A stretch of 60,424 bases of DNA, filler included, from Bipalium vagum (lineage: Eukaryota): assembly GCA_037834085.1 (NCBI GenBank). It is 3 parts of 3 records of this genome, joined end to end, with 100 filler letters (N's around TTAATTAATTAA, not from the genome) between each part and the next. Parts side by side here need not be neighbours in the genome. Positions count along the whole stretch, not along the records: positions 37,807 to 60,424 come from JBBMKC010219020.1; 2 more parts are not named here. One strand, written 5' to 3'. This document shows positions 45,001 to 59,319 of the stretch, piece by piece (within the stretch, counting starts at the first letter, position 1; each line of letters begins with the position of its first letter). The notes beneath the pieces were generated by a model. That model was given only the letters and a program-made list of their open reading frames with translations, was not told where the DNA came from and did no database searches. The translations under genes were made by a program, and so were the position numbers.

Positions 45001-48000
45001 ACACTTCCAATCTTTCTCCAATTATCTCTCTTAAACATTGATCGTCACTGCAATGATACTTGCTTCAGGTGCCTACTCAAACGTCTACATCAATTTCTAA
45101 ACCAGTTTATACTTGGAGCTTCTTTATTACAAATTTTGAATCACAATTTTCATAATTAACAATTTCTGGAATAACTTAGAAGCATTTTTAATAATACAGT
45201 TAGATTGTAATATCTACAGTACCATGTTATTTCATTTAAACGATACACTCTTTAGCATACTGACCCTGTTTAAAGATCCCCCTTGTACTTTTAGCAAGTG
45301 GATCTAATTATCTTGTCGTCTTGGTCATTGTGAGGTCTACATTTCATCTACCAGCAGACTTCCAATTCATCAGGAATTCAGAAAAATCCGGAATCATTTT
45401 GCTTTCTCTTCGTATCAGAATCTGTTCATATCTTCTACCTATTTCAATAATGATAAAATACAGAAAGTAACCTTTTTCCCTAGTACTTTTTCTTGCTTGT
45501 CTACTTTTTAGTGTTAGATTGGTAGATTTCTGTTAATCTCATTTTCTTTAATTTTCTTCACATGATTTTAAATAGTCAATAACAATTCCCGAGATCTCAC
45601 CTTCCTTTGTAAATCTATTACTCTTCTTCTCAAAGTCGTCAAACCATCGATTTTGCAGTCATTACAAGTGTAAAATTAATGATCTTCTTTTGTTCAAAAA
45701 TATTAAAAATAAAATAAATAGTGAGCGCTTCTTGTCGCCTTAGGCAGCACTTGCAAAATTCGAGATATTTGTATCTGAAGATTTTTGTTTACGTTGAATT
45801 CTGATATATAATTTTGAGCTTTAAGGTTATTTATCCACCATTAACTTTAGTCCGTGACATTTCTCATTTTAATTTTACACATTTTTTTGAATTAATTATT
45901 TTTATGTACCTTATAAATCTATAGTGCTTTTTTTATAAAAAGTCCTGATTATGATTATTGTAGTGGGTTGAGTAAAGTTTTCATATTTTTAAGAAAAATT
46001 CAAAGTCGATTTTTTATTATTCAACATAAACATTGAACATTGGCACATAAATTCAACCAATTAAATCAACGAATTTTCGCCATCAGTCATGTAATTTGAT
46101 AATCCTATCCTTCCAGAATCTCTCGGTTTTAGACCGACAAGCTCCTCCAGGTGCTTTTGGCAATCCTCTGTGGAATTGAAATATTCCTAGGAAGAGAATT
46201 CTCTAAGGATCAGAACTAAATAAAAATCTGATTGTGACAGATCTGCTGAGTAAGCTGGGTTGGGTAAAACATTCCGCTGAATTGCAATAACTTTTTTCTG
46301 GTCTGTACAGTAAAATGTGGTCTCGCGTTAACTTGTTAAAAGATTATACCATATTTATGGTGTAATCCCGTTCGGTTTCTTCGATAGCTGCCTTCAAATC
46401 ATTGAGCAAAGTGCAATACTTACTGGAATCAATTGTTTCATTTTGTTTCATCAACTCATGATATAAGATTCCTTTCCAGTCCCATCAAATACACACCAAA
46501 ATCTTTTTGCTTGAAATTTCTTCACTGCTGCAGTTTGTTAGTGATCACTAAGTTTTCCCCAAGATTATTTTTTTTAAAGAATATACAGATAAACATCGTA
46601 TGACAATGGAATACTTTATAGTAATTACAAAATACTTGATGAATACTTTTGCTGGAGAACCTTTTAATGATTATTGTAATAGAACTATAAAATTTAAAGT
46701 TAATATAAGATTTAAAGAGTAACATTTATTATTTTTTCTTTTAATTATTGTTTTGTTCATTCAGGAATCGTATCGCCGGGGTTCCTATAGGTAGTTCAGT
46801 ATGGATATTAACTTTTGCCGCTTGCTTTTCGTTTATTCTTTACATTTTTCGCGGTAAACTGAAAATGAATTTTTTCAGTACATTGTTTTTCAGCGCACTA
46901 CTCACAACCCCGTTAATGTTAGTAATCATGACAGTGTTACAGTACGTAGCACTGGAGAAGCAAGGAGTACCCAGCATTTCAAGTCTTAACCTTTGCCTAT
47001 TTCTTTACGTGGCTGTCATTATCATTTACAGTACTTTGTTAATAGACACTTCTCAATCATTTAAATGGATTGAACATCGATGCCTGACAAAATTTGATAT
47101 TGTCTTGGGTGTCTCTATTATAATATATTACATTTTTCTTGTTCTGGCAGGAAATTTTGGAAATCCAGTAAACTTTAAAAGTACTGGGGTCCATCAACCT
47201 TTTGGTCCGTGCAATGAAACTGTGACAGATGTGATGGGACTGGTAAGGTTAATAATTTTATTTATCCTTACTTTTACTTAAATTAGTTTTAAAATGTTAA
47301 TCATAATTGTGAATAGCAGTTCAAAATTAAATTTATTATATATTAACATTACCAAGTGTCCAATAAACCTTTCTCAGATTGTGTAATTTAAATTTCATCG
47401 ATTAATTTATTATTTTTACTGGACAAAACAATTTGTTTAAATACATTACTTGAAATCAAATATGTTTATTTATATTTAAATATATAATCTCTTTTTTATA
47501 TTCTTTATTAATTAAAATGGCGATAGAAAACTAACCATACGTTCTTGCTTACTTTATCAATTCAAGTTGGGATACAATGCCTCAGAAACGTGTAAAAGAT
47601 TATTTAGCATTTAGATAAAACACAGTAAAGATATGAACTACTGGTATTGATTCCAAACGTTTATAGCGGTTAATGAGAATCTGGAGGGTAATCCCAGGTC
47701 TGTGAAACAGGTTTACATAAACAATTGTGAATTGAAAAACGAATTGAATCAGATTGGAAAGAGATAGAAGTTAAACAGATTGGTGTCACATGAGCTAACA
47801 TCAGAGAACAGATTCCGGAGACTAAAAATAAGCAGTTCTCATATTAATAAGCTAAAATAGAGCCTTTTCGATCAAAAGTTGAATTGCGATGAAAAATTAT
47901 TAATGTATTCTAACCCAATGTGAGTTTGATGGTCTTGTGAAGAAATCATTCATCACAAGTTTCTATAACGGAAAGAAACTATTGCCGTCATTGTGCTCAC

Positions 48001-49982
48001 GTAAAATTAAGTACATGAAAATTTGATGGAAAAACCGGCATTAGATAATATAAAGAATGTTTCTTTCCTTCAAGATAATGCTCGGCCGCTCGTGATAAAA
48101 CAAACTATTAACAAGATAACGCAACTCAGCCATATTTACCAGATCTCTAACCAAAATGGTTTATCAATTTGGTTAATACTTTAATGAAAAAGACATTAAA
48201 ATCGAAACAAATCTAAAGATGAAAGTGTATACTTTCTTCAGTATAATTCTATCGAGATATTTGCAACATCATGGGCACAAAGTGAAACAATATTATGAAA
48301 ACTATTTCGATGAATAAAGATATGTAAAATAAAAAATATGAACTATTACTTATAAAAGAATCGGCAAGACTTAATTAGACACTTGATATCGTATTTATCT
48401 GAAAGAAGCTTAACAGGAAATCAGTTGTTAAATCTTCTTCTCTGCCTATTTTTCTTTAAACATTAATAAGATCTTGATTTTTCGTTGAACATTATTATAA
48501 AACTTTCTCAAGATCACAAATTTTTCACTGTAAACTTTTCGTTCTTTTGAATTACAGTTCACGAATGATCTAACTTTTTCTGGTACTACTAAATTGCGAA
48601 TGTTAATACTTTTCTGAAAAGACGCTCTTTATCCCATACTTACAGAAATTTAAAAATATGTTATGTAAAGTGGTGCACAATATTAGTTTCCGATATTATA
48701 TGAATTTTTGTTTTAATTCTCAAGTAATTTTTCGCTTATTTTGTTATTGATACAGTGTAACCTCAATTTTGGGGCGGCCCTTGCATGGGGCACCTCGTTT
48801 ACGAGGCAAATTCCCTTTATGAGGAATTTTTTAAAATTTTCTATTTTCCATATTAACTATGGACATCTAGTGATAGAAACCATAACTTCTCGTGCCCCAT
48901 TTTATAAAAAGAACCAATGTAAAAATTGTTTAAATAAGGTAGTTATTTTTATTAAATCCAAATTACAAATGTCAAAAAAATAATTATAAACCGGAAATGT
49001 GAGATTGCTAAATTAAGCGAAGGTGTTTCAGAAAATAAATTAGTTAAAAAATTCAAAAAAAGTAAAGGAACATATAATAAAATAAAACAGAAGCAACTGA
49101 TGAACAAAGAAACAAGCCTGAATACTGAAACTCTTCAAAGCAAATCATCACAAGATCTTGATAGGATAACCTTACAGTTATTCAAGAAATTCCAAGAGAC
49201 AAATATTCCTGTTAAAGGACAAATAATAAAATATTTTGGTCTTCAATGTGCAACTATTAGGTGTAATGAAATATGATTCTGAGGCATGGAAACGAATTTC
49301 TCTAGATTCAATTAATAGTTGTTTTAATAAACCTATGGATGTACAAAGATTTTCAGGAACACCTCAGGTAACAAATATTGAAGAAACTATAGAGTAGAAT
49401 GATATTAGTCTCACTGTGTTTACATAGCACTTTTGTAATGTAAAAACAATGATTCTGACTATATATGCATTACAATGGACAATGGAAAAATAAATCTAGA
49501 AAATTCAGTTCTGAAAATGAAAATTTCCAGTCGAAAGATAAATCTGCCATTATAATCGTCACTCGTCTAAGTATTATGAATGTTACGGATCATTGGTTTT
49601 CTTTAATTGTGATTAATAAGTTTTCTTGTAGAGCTTAGTGTCTCGAGTCTTGGTTTTTTCATTTTCCATTTTTGCATTTAAAGCGTAATCTCTAATTTAT
49701 CAAATTAATTTTTCATTAATTTAGACTCGAGATAAATATGTCTGCTTGAAAAATATGCCAAGCGAATGGGACTTTTCGTGTGTTCCAAAGAAAGAAAATC
49801 TTGTGGAAAATGAAAATATTACATACTGGTACACAATTTGTGGGACCCCTAACAGTCAAGAGTCTGTGTGGAAATGGTATTTAAACAGTATATGCACTGT
49901 TTCAGCCCTTGCATATTTTGCAATTCTAATTCTGTCGTACGTTCGAGCCAGGCTCCGAACAATCCTAAAGAAAAACCAATAA
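42070..49982 (+). CDS. Multi-pass membrane protein of unknown function (DUF7802-like). Exons: 42070-42147, 42205-42381, 44457-44683, 46765-47242, 49725-49982 (about 405 aa)
   Basis: GT-AG junctions join in frame. The motifs NNFWQAQATIML..RLPLYI, PYDLIGVKHLWWTWHTTDP, GVP, GVHQPFGPC, KYVC..WDFSC and WYTICGTP match, from recall, a conserved invertebrate family. Confidence 0.85.
43000..43910 (-). mobile_element. Degenerate Tc1-like element in intron 2 of the membrane-protein gene
   Basis: WPQYSTDIFSIKNAWDIIGRQV (cf. WPxxSPDLNPIENxW), an SDE motif near 43545, and N-terminal SFREIAKLL. Confidence 0.75.
46290..46530 (-). mobile_element. Mariner catalytic-domain fragment in intron 3
   Basis: KILVCI*WDWKGILYHELMKQNETIDSSKYCTLLNDLKAAIEE. 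Confidence 0.85.
47352..48386 (+). mobile_element. Degenerate mariner with both TIRs, in intron 4
   Basis: TA-CCAAGTGTCCAATAA... and ...TTAATTAGACACTTGA-TA. Motifs IRSCLLYQFKLGYNASE, VSHELT, NCDEK, FLQDNARP and PYLPDL. Confidence 0.85.
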
Positions 49983-51319
49983 CACATTTTTCAGGGATGT
50001 CGCATCTCAATTGTTGTCAATTTATGTGATTATTATAATTACCAGTTTTATATTTAGTACAAGCTTCAGCTGTTCTCTAAGAATAGAAAACCTTTATAAT
50101 TTGTATTATGAATATATGATACTTGTGATCTTGACTTGATATAAGGTGTTCCAGGTTCTGACATAAAAGGTGAGAGTTCCTCAACCTGCCAACATGAAAT
50201 TTAATTTATGAAATATGAATTTGTTATTTGTTACTATATAGAACTTCAATTGTTTCATATTTCCCTATATAAATTATAATAGTAAATAAAAAGAATTTTT
50301 CATAATTAAAATACGATTACAATTATCAGTTTTCCAGAGTCGTCAGTTTCCATTTGAAAATATATCTTTGTTGATTTTTCACTTACAGAACCATGAACCC
50401 CGTGTGGAATTATAATTTTTAGAATTAAATGGAAAATCGAAATTGGCGCTTCGGTCTAATATAATAAAATAATTATAATCATAAAAGTTGATGGACTAAC
50501 GAATTTTTGAAATAATAAGAATAAAATCCGTTTTTCCGTGTGGGTCAACCTGGTATTTAATTTTCTTTACTTTGATAAGCATCAGAGAAAGTCTCTATAA
50601 TCTGTATAATTGTCCTCAGAATTTTACAACCAGTCTTGTCTATTAATTTTATATATATATATATATATAAGGAAAAAAGATTCAAAAAAGACTTCACAAA
50701 GATCTTTATCTTTTTTTTCTAAGAGATCATTATCATTATTATTTGTCATATAAAAATGCTTTAATCAACTTTTCTGTTACCTAATTGATAAAATTTTAGC
50801 TAAAATTAAACTGCATGAGCATAACTCTTATTTTACAATTTTATTTATTTATTTTAACAAATACTCTTTCTTTTCCTTAAATTTATCATTGTGGACAAAC
50901 AATTTTGTTTAAATAGACTCATAAAATGTTTTAAAAGCTAATTAAAAATCCTTTTGTTAATATATTCTCTCTTCAAATGAGCATAATGATCATTTTTACG
51001 TTTTACAAAATGTTTAGAAATATTTCAGACATGTATTTCATTTTTCCATGGTAACTATCAATATATAATTTTTACATTCTTTATTATATCGTCAATATGG
51101 TACTTTATTTTAATTTCTTTATTAAAAGTGATTTTAATTAATTTTCAGTATAATATTTTTTCGATTTTGTGAAGTCTTGAAATGTTCTTCTGAAGTGTCA
51201 TTTTGTATCTATCAGCCAATTTTTGCAGTTTTGCATTCATAATTTATTGTTTGGTTGTCTAATAGAAGTTCATAATAAATGATCTCGACCAATCTTACCA
51301 AATAGATAACTCTATCTTT

Positions 51320-51440
51320 ATCTCACACTTCATTTTCCAATGCCATTTTCGTTTCTTATTATTGTACATGCTTGACTTTTCATCTCCTGTAACAATTCGT
51401 TTTAAAATGGACTGGTTTTTCTACTATTCAGTAAAGAAAT
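51320..51440 (-). mobile_element. Mariner fragment
   Basis: ILKRIVTGDEKSSMYNNKKRKWHW. Confidence 0.8.
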
Positions 51441-52497
51441 TCCAGGAAGATTTTTATTGATTTTACAACTTTGTCATGGTCTATTTTCAGAATAACTATT
51501 AATAATATAATATTTATCGTTTTTAAATAGATTATTTTCAAGCAATGTCTTCATTTTTATATTATAAGCTATGGGTTCAAGACTGAAATCACCATAACAA
51601 AATTTTTGTGCACTCTATTCAGGTATTCGTGAACTACCTTAATCAAGTATGATATCTTGAAAAAATAATATCTTCATACACCAATTACAAAAATTTGAAT
51701 TAAAATAAGTACAACAATTTATTTAAGTTTAATTACCCATCAACCCAATAAGTTTTCGTCGAGATGAGTCGGTAAAGGTTATAATCTTAATAAAAGTCGT
51801 AAAGAGATAAAACTAATGACTTTAACATAGGAAAAATTACAACATAACTGAGTTAAAGTGGAAATTTTATGATAATTCAATGTAATCATCATTAGCGGCC
51901 ACAACCGCATCTAACCGGGCCCGGGTTGTTTGACTTCCTTCTTGTAAAATTAAGTTGTAATCTCCATGATAGTTTTTCGTCAACATCCATTTTGAAACCA
52001 CTTTGTTAAAAGTGAGATGGTATTATTTATTATTTCCAAATCACTTATTAAGACATTTTCATTTGGTATTGAATATTTCTGTCTTTAGTTTGGGTATACT
52101 TTTTTTCAACTCTTAAACTTGTGTCTTAGTCAAATCATTAAATTATTTCTTTTTTACCTAATCAAAGTTATTTCAACACTACTGTTTATTGGTCATATTC
52201 TGAACCAAAAATTAATATTAAATAATTCAAATTTGATTAATCTATTTTATCGATTTATTACCTTACTAAAACCAAAATAACTTTAATGATTACTCAAATA
52301 ATCTTCTTCAAATATAACTTTAGAAATGTTCCGGATCTCTCTCAACGATCCTGTTTTATTAAAAATTAAAAATTTATCATTTTAAAATAAGAATTCACTT
52401 AATATCCCATCTATTAGGTTATAGTAAAGTAAAAAGAAATACAGTATATATAAAAAATACATTTCTTTTAAATAATTTTTTGCCATCAATGGTAATC

Positions 52498-53008
52498 CGA
52501 ATATTAAACATCCAATTAATTTTAATTAGAAAAATTCTTAATTTCAAAGAATAATAATTTTAAAATAATAATTTGTTTTAATTTCAAAATTATCTACTAA
52601 ATACTTTCTAGTAATATATAAATAACGTTATCGTTAGTCTTCATAAATTTAATTTTTTAATTTTTTTATAATAAATTCAAATTTCACTTTAAATAAATAA
52701 ATAAATAATAAATTAATTATTATTATTTATAATTATATATTATAATATATTTTAAATTTAAATGTTCTTAAGACTGCAAAAAAGACTGAAAGCTTTAGGA
52801 AAATTCTTACAGTGGTATATTTTATTGATGATTTATTAGACCGACCTACCATAAAGTTTGACTGGATTAAAATTTTGAAAATATCGAAGTCTAATAAAAT
52901 AAATACGAATATTAAACATCCAATTGATTTTAATCAGAAAAATTTTTAATTTCAAAGAATAATAATTTTAAAATAATAATTTGTTTTAATTTCAAAAAAA
53001 TTATCTAC
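52498..53008. repeat. Direct repeat pair of about 100 bp (52498-52597 and 52906-53008)
   Basis: CGAATATTAAACATCCAATT...TTTCAAAA(AAA)TTATCTAC occurs twice with few differences. Confidence 0.9.
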
Positions 53009-53199
53009 GTACATTACAAAGGTTCAGAACTGAACTACCATGTTTTTACTTCTAAAAGCGAAACCATTGCTGAGAGAAGAAATTTTGAAATTTTCACTCA
53101 TAAATCTATTTAAAAACTCTTAGTTATAAAACCAATTGGATTATATATATATATTAATATATAATAACTTATAAGATTGTAATAAACTCTTTGCAATTA

Positions 53200-54300
53200 A
53201 AAGTCTGCTTAATCTCATTTTCTTATTTTCTTCTCACGAATTCAGTTTCTTAAAAGATCCGGTTATGTGAGAATTTTCATGCAGAAGAATAACAGACCTT
53301 TTTCCATGACCATTAAGTGGTCTAATTTTTCAACCCCTTTATTCAGATGATTTGATTGGCTTATATACCTTTTCAAAGTGACTTTTTCAAGCGGTTTCGG
53401 CAATTTCTCATCTCCCCCTGAACTAACTTATGCAAACAATTCTTATTTTTAAATCTTGTTAGGAAGGATAGCTCATTTTTATCGCCTTTCCGTGTTCTCG
53501 GGAGTAAGACTATGTTTGAGTCGACGAGATTTTGTCTGCTGTGTAATTCCAAGTTGCACAGGGACCTTTTCTCTTATTATATATGGACTTTAGGCTAATT
53601 TCTTAAATCCCTAAACTTATTGACGAGCTTATTTTTATTACTTTCACAAATGTTCATAATTTTGTTATGATAATGATTATTTCAATATTGTTTCTTGAAT
53701 TTCCATTTTCGGTTTCACCACTTTATTTTGATAAAGGTATTCGTCTGAGATTTGATATTTTAACCTTTTAGTTACCTGTATCAGATTCTAAGATATAATT
53801 TCTTTTACCTGAAATCTTTCATCAAATGTACATTTTTCTTGTTATTTTCATCATAATTATTTTTCAATTCGTTTCAAATATTGTTTTTGCAGAACTCGAT
53901 TGAGGTTATCATTTAGTTATTTAGTCTTAGAAGATATGGATGAAATCTGTTATTTATGCATCCTTCAATGTGACGTTAATGGAATGACTGTTTCATATGC
54001 ATTATGGTGAGATCCATTTCAAAATATTAACCATCGAAATCTATAATCAAGATCTTAACTTCTCAAGACTTTAGAATTTCATTCCTGTCCCCATAATTTA
54101 TGTCTCTCGTGGGATTTCTAAACGCTCTTTTCCTGTACACGTGTGCTGCAATATTCGTTTTAGTTACATATTTTATTTAATCTTACTTTTCCTAAGAATT
54201 ATATATATTTTGGGGGCTTATTGTTGAAATTTTCTTTTTTTCCCTTAAAATTAACTCTTTCGCACTAATTTCGGATGTCTCATTATAAATCCCACCTTGT
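53200..54300 (-). mobile_element. Highly decayed retroelement (probably Ty3/gypsy pol) remnant
   Basis: Purine-rich minus strand with weak RT-like (FDG*YFE) and integrase-like fragments; no intact ORF. Confidence 0.35.
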
Positions 54301-56329
54301 CTTTTTATTTTGTTTCCTGTCTAACTGATGTATATATTGATCTTATCCTATTATTGATATTTTCATCCTAAAATTACATTTTTAATCCATTTCTACTCAA
54401 AATAACCAATGTGATGCTACCATAAATTATAGAAAAGTATAAAACTGAAAATTTTATCTGAAACTCACATTATTGCTTATTTTAAATAATAAAAAATTTA
54501 AAAAAAATAAAAGTACTGTTTACGAGAAATAATGTTTTAATAGTATTTCGATATTAACTCATTCGTCAATCTGAATCCCAAAATCTTTTTTGCGGTTAGG
54601 TTTATTTTTACACTACGGGTGAAGTAAATAATAGATAACACTAAACTTGATTAACTAACTTAGTAATCACGAACTTACCGGGCTTAAATCACAAACAACT
54701 CAACAATTACTGGTCAACGTCTCTTCGAATCGTACTCTCTGCAAGACCATGACTCACTAAGACAGCATTAATTTCTATACATCCACAGGACTTAATTACT
54801 TTCATTACGCTCCAAAGTAAGTTATATAAATAATAAAAATATTTAACGAAATCAATTACAGTTAATTACATTTTAATATAATACTACGACCTGATTAAGT
54901 AGAGTCGAATATCAATAATTAAACAGTTACAAGGATAAAAGAATAATACAAATTCAATTTCAATTCAAACTATTTTAGTTCTACAAGGTAGCTCTATGAG
55001 CTCTCTTAATGGTTACACACGATCAAGATATGATCGTAGACCTGCCATTTGTTAATCCACACGTAACCATCGCTGCCTCCTCAGGCAAAACTAGAAGAAA
55101 ACATGCCAATAGGCAGCTGTGGCTGCCTACTGCTGAGATCTCTCATTAAGAGATCAATAAACATGCTAAGCCCATTAGAGTAAGATATTATCTTAAAGAC
55201 ATTAATTAATAAGGCATTTTTTCCTTGTTTTTATTTTTATTATTATTAATTATATTAATAAATGTTTTACTATTATTATTATTATTATAAAACCCTTTAA
55301 ATTCTTTTTTTTATTTTTCAAATTTAAAAAGAAATTTTGTTTTATTTTATAAATAATGAATAATTCATTAAAATGTAAAATAACAACCTCTATATAAACA
55401 CATTACACATTTCTAACGTATGAAGATTAAATTAAATTCTATTTATACATCAATGGAAGTTCATTTTTTGTAGAGAGAATTTTTTAATAAACCCGTGTAC
55501 TCCGTATGAAATATCATTTTCAATATCATATAAACATGTTTACAATTATTATATTTCATTTTCCTTAGAAACAGATAATCCTGGAATTTCACATCAATAT
55601 ATTGTATTTTAACATTGATCAGTTACATTAAAATGTGTTGTTTAATAATATAATTTTTTAATTAATAATATAATTTTTTTTAAAATTATTTTTATTAGTT
55701 TTTTTATTATAAGCAATAAAATGAAATTTGATTCTCATAATTATTTCTTTATTGTTCTTAAAATTTTATTTTGTGATTAAGAGTCTGGAAGATGTTTTTA
55801 ATACACTTTTTCTTTAATTTATTTTTTATCTCTAATTAATAATATTTTATTTTTAATTAATTAATTAATTTATTTATTTTTAACATTTTATTGATTTTCT
55901 AAAACATAGGAGAAGTTTCCGTTCAACTAAATATGACAAAAATCCATAAAATTTATTAAGTTAAATACTGATATTTTATGTTATTTATTAATAAATATAA
56001 TAATATTTTTCTTAGAATTATTCCTTCGAATATCATATTCGTGTTTTGAAAAGGCACTTATAAAAATCATGATTGAACACTTTTCATTTTACTATGAACA
56101 GATTCAGTGAATTTTCCTTCTCAAATATTAATTATCAAAAGAATTAGAAAATTTTTATTAAGAATATATTGGGTTGCTGAATAAGCTCTGCATTATTTTT
56201 AAATAATAAAATCAATTAATTATTTTATTCTCAGAATTATTAATTGAACTTTGTTTAAATATTATTTATTATTTTCGCTGTAATTTAACTGTATAACATA
56301 AGAATTTTCAGAATGAACAAATCTAGTCA

Positions 56330-57237
56330 AACGGAATAAGGAAAACTGCATTTATGACATATCTTACTTTTTTATTCAAGAATGATTTAAATGAAGGAGG
56401 AGCACAGCGTGACCTATGCAGTGTGTGTGGTGACTTTGCCATAAAAATATTAAAAAAATTATTTTGAATGGTATTATTTAATAATCTTTTTTATTTTTTT
56501 CACTTCTTTGGGTTCGTCATTGGTAGAGAGAGAAAAGGTTTTGTTACCTCCATTACATATCAAGTTAGGTATTATGAAGACGTTTATAAAGAACATAAAT
56601 AAAAATGGTACCACATGAATATCTAGCCAACAATTGTCCACAAATAAGTGATGCAAAATTAAGAGGTTATTTTCATAGGTCGTCAAATTCGGCAATTGAT
56701 TTTAAGAAACAAACTTTTCTTTCAAGTTGAATCCGATAGAAAAACATGCTTGAAATTCATTTGTTTTTATTCAATTTTTAGGAAAGCGAAAGCCGGATGA
56801 TCGCGAAAATTTAGTCAGGAATATGATTCCAGAATTTCAAGTTCTAGGATGGCGAATGAGTATGAAAATGTATTTTTTAAACTCACACCTGAATTATTTA
56901 CTTAGAAACCTTGGAGGAGCATGTTGATTGATTTCACCAGTACATAGACATATTTAAGAGCTATCAGGGCAGATGAAATGTCATGATGGCAGACTAAAGC
57001 GTAGTAATTCTACAACATTCATAGTAGAAAAGCTCATAGGAAAACGTTTCATTGTAAATAAAATAATTTTTTGTTAAATTAAGTGTTTTTCTTATTATTC
57101 TTTAGAATGTCTTTTTGCCTGAACCAGATGTGCCACAGGAAAAAGGACTTCATATTCGTAATCAGCTGCAAAGCATAAACTATATTATCATAATGCCGTC
57201 TCCGATACAATAAAAGGTTTAAACTTGTAGAGTAGTG
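56330..57237 (+). mobile_element. Chapaev3-like (CMC/Transib-related) transposase 3' relic with terminus
   Basis: VCGDF, SLVEREKVLLPPLHIKLGIMKTFIK, QISDAKL, FIGRQIRQL, LGWRMSMKMYFLNSHLNY..NLG, FHQ..YQGR*NVMMAD. It ends in TAGTG-TA (cf. CAGTG terminus). Confidence 0.75.
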
Positions 57238-59319
57238 TACTTAGAGGCATTGTGGAGTAAAAATATTTTGCCAATTATAATATTATTATATATGAATATT
57301 TCTATTCAGATTATATATATTCGCATTTAATTAAAAAAATTAAAAAATATTTGAAATCATAGATCCACGACCTAAATATAGAAATTTTGGGAACCTTTGC
57401 AGAATATAGCTATTAGAAGATTCACAAAATAACATTAAAACAACAAAAATTAAAAATTAATTAATTTAACTTTCGTAACGCAATACATAAATAAATAATA
57501 TGAATGAGATTGTACATTTTCACCCTTCTTTTTATCAGAAACTCTGATCTTGTTCGAACAGATGTTCGCGAAGGCTGGTTGTCCGTAAACAGGTTTTAGC
57601 CCGATAGTATCTTTATCTTAAGAATTGCATGTCAATATCATTTATGGTTGTGAAGTGAGGCTTATATTTAGATCAAGCGACCTGCTTTGAGAACGGATGA
57701 GATACAGATTTAAGGTGTTTACTAATTAAGATACAAAAGCTAAATGTATTTTTATTTATGTATTTTCATTGGGAAAAAGTGTATTAAGAGATCAAATTCG
57801 TCGATACTATACATTAAGTTGATGATATAAAAAGACTAATTTTCGTACCTGTGTGATACTACCTTATTATACCGGGATATATCATATTTCTACAGTCCCA
57901 TAGTTCGTAAAATAAAATATTTTTTATTTTTATGCGGAGTGTTCCATGAATATATATTCGCGTTTAAAGCAAAAATAGTCAACCAATTTTCAAACGAATT
58001 TTTTTTCTTTTTCCAGTCATTTATAAAATATTTATATTTTTCCAATGATTTATCTTTAATAATAATATTTTAAAATGATTCATGTTCATTGGCAAATTGA
58101 TTAATTTTTATTTGTTTAGACGCGCACACATATTTATGAAACCCTGTGTAGATTGATTTGTTAATTGTTAGGTCAGTTTTATATTTTTTCTTCTAAAGTC
58201 AATAAAATTATAAAAATATTATTTGTACTTAGATCTTTGTACTTCTTTTAGATTTGTACTCTTTACCAAATCATGCTTTGACTTATTAATAATAATAATA
58301 ATATTTTTATTAGTAATATTAATTAACATAAAGATTTATTAATCTTTAAGATAAATAATAATATTTAAAAAATAACTATAAAAAATGTTGAGTTCTGAAA
58401 ATATATTCTATATTTTTCATTTCATAAAAAATTAATTAAAACAAAAATGATTAATAAATAATTTAATTTGGATTATGAAAATATTATTTATGATTTTTAT
58501 TTATTATTCAAAGCTCCTGATTGACAATTCTCTGCCTAATAGAAATACGTAATTACAATCCACACTAAATTCTGATGGCTTAAAATACCCACATAGTGAT
58601 AAAAATATTCTCATCGTCCCATTGTGACAAAAGAAAAGATACACAATAGGTCGAACAAGCCATTCAGTACTCCTTTCTGATACTATTCTAATCTCTATTG
58701 AAAACTTATAATGACAGTTACTTTTATTAATACTTTATGCAAACATTGTCGAGATTGAAAGGAAAATAAATTGCGTATCTTCATCGAAGGGACACCAGAC
58801 TTAAAGAAAAAAGTAATTTATTTCAATTAATAATTTATGGCAAACGTAGTTTGACTCAAACTTGTGTAAAGTATAAAAAATTATAAAAACGTTTCCCAAT
58901 CAAATTTCGTCTTTTTTCAATAGTATAACAAAAGTATAAAGGGTTCCATCACCAGTGTAGAGTTTTTCTGTTAAAATCTTTGACATCAGATGAGTTTAGT
59001 GGCTTAAAATATATGTACCTCTAAAGTTGTCCGGGAAAGCACTGCACTTTATAAAAGATTTTTTTCGGATTTCTTTCAAACTTTCACAATTTTATTAAGT
59101 TAATTTTTATTTCAGTTTTGTTACAGCTTAATCAAAATATTTTGAAGCAGTTCATTCAAAACTCAATAATAAAGAACCATTAGGATGCAATTTTGTAAAA
59201 GAAATACATTAAGTCAAATGGGTTTTACATTATATTGTGTCATTTTCTGTTTTATCATCTTAAAATTCAGAACATTTTTTCATATTCCATTGGTAATAAT
59301 TATTAAAGTAAGAATAAAA

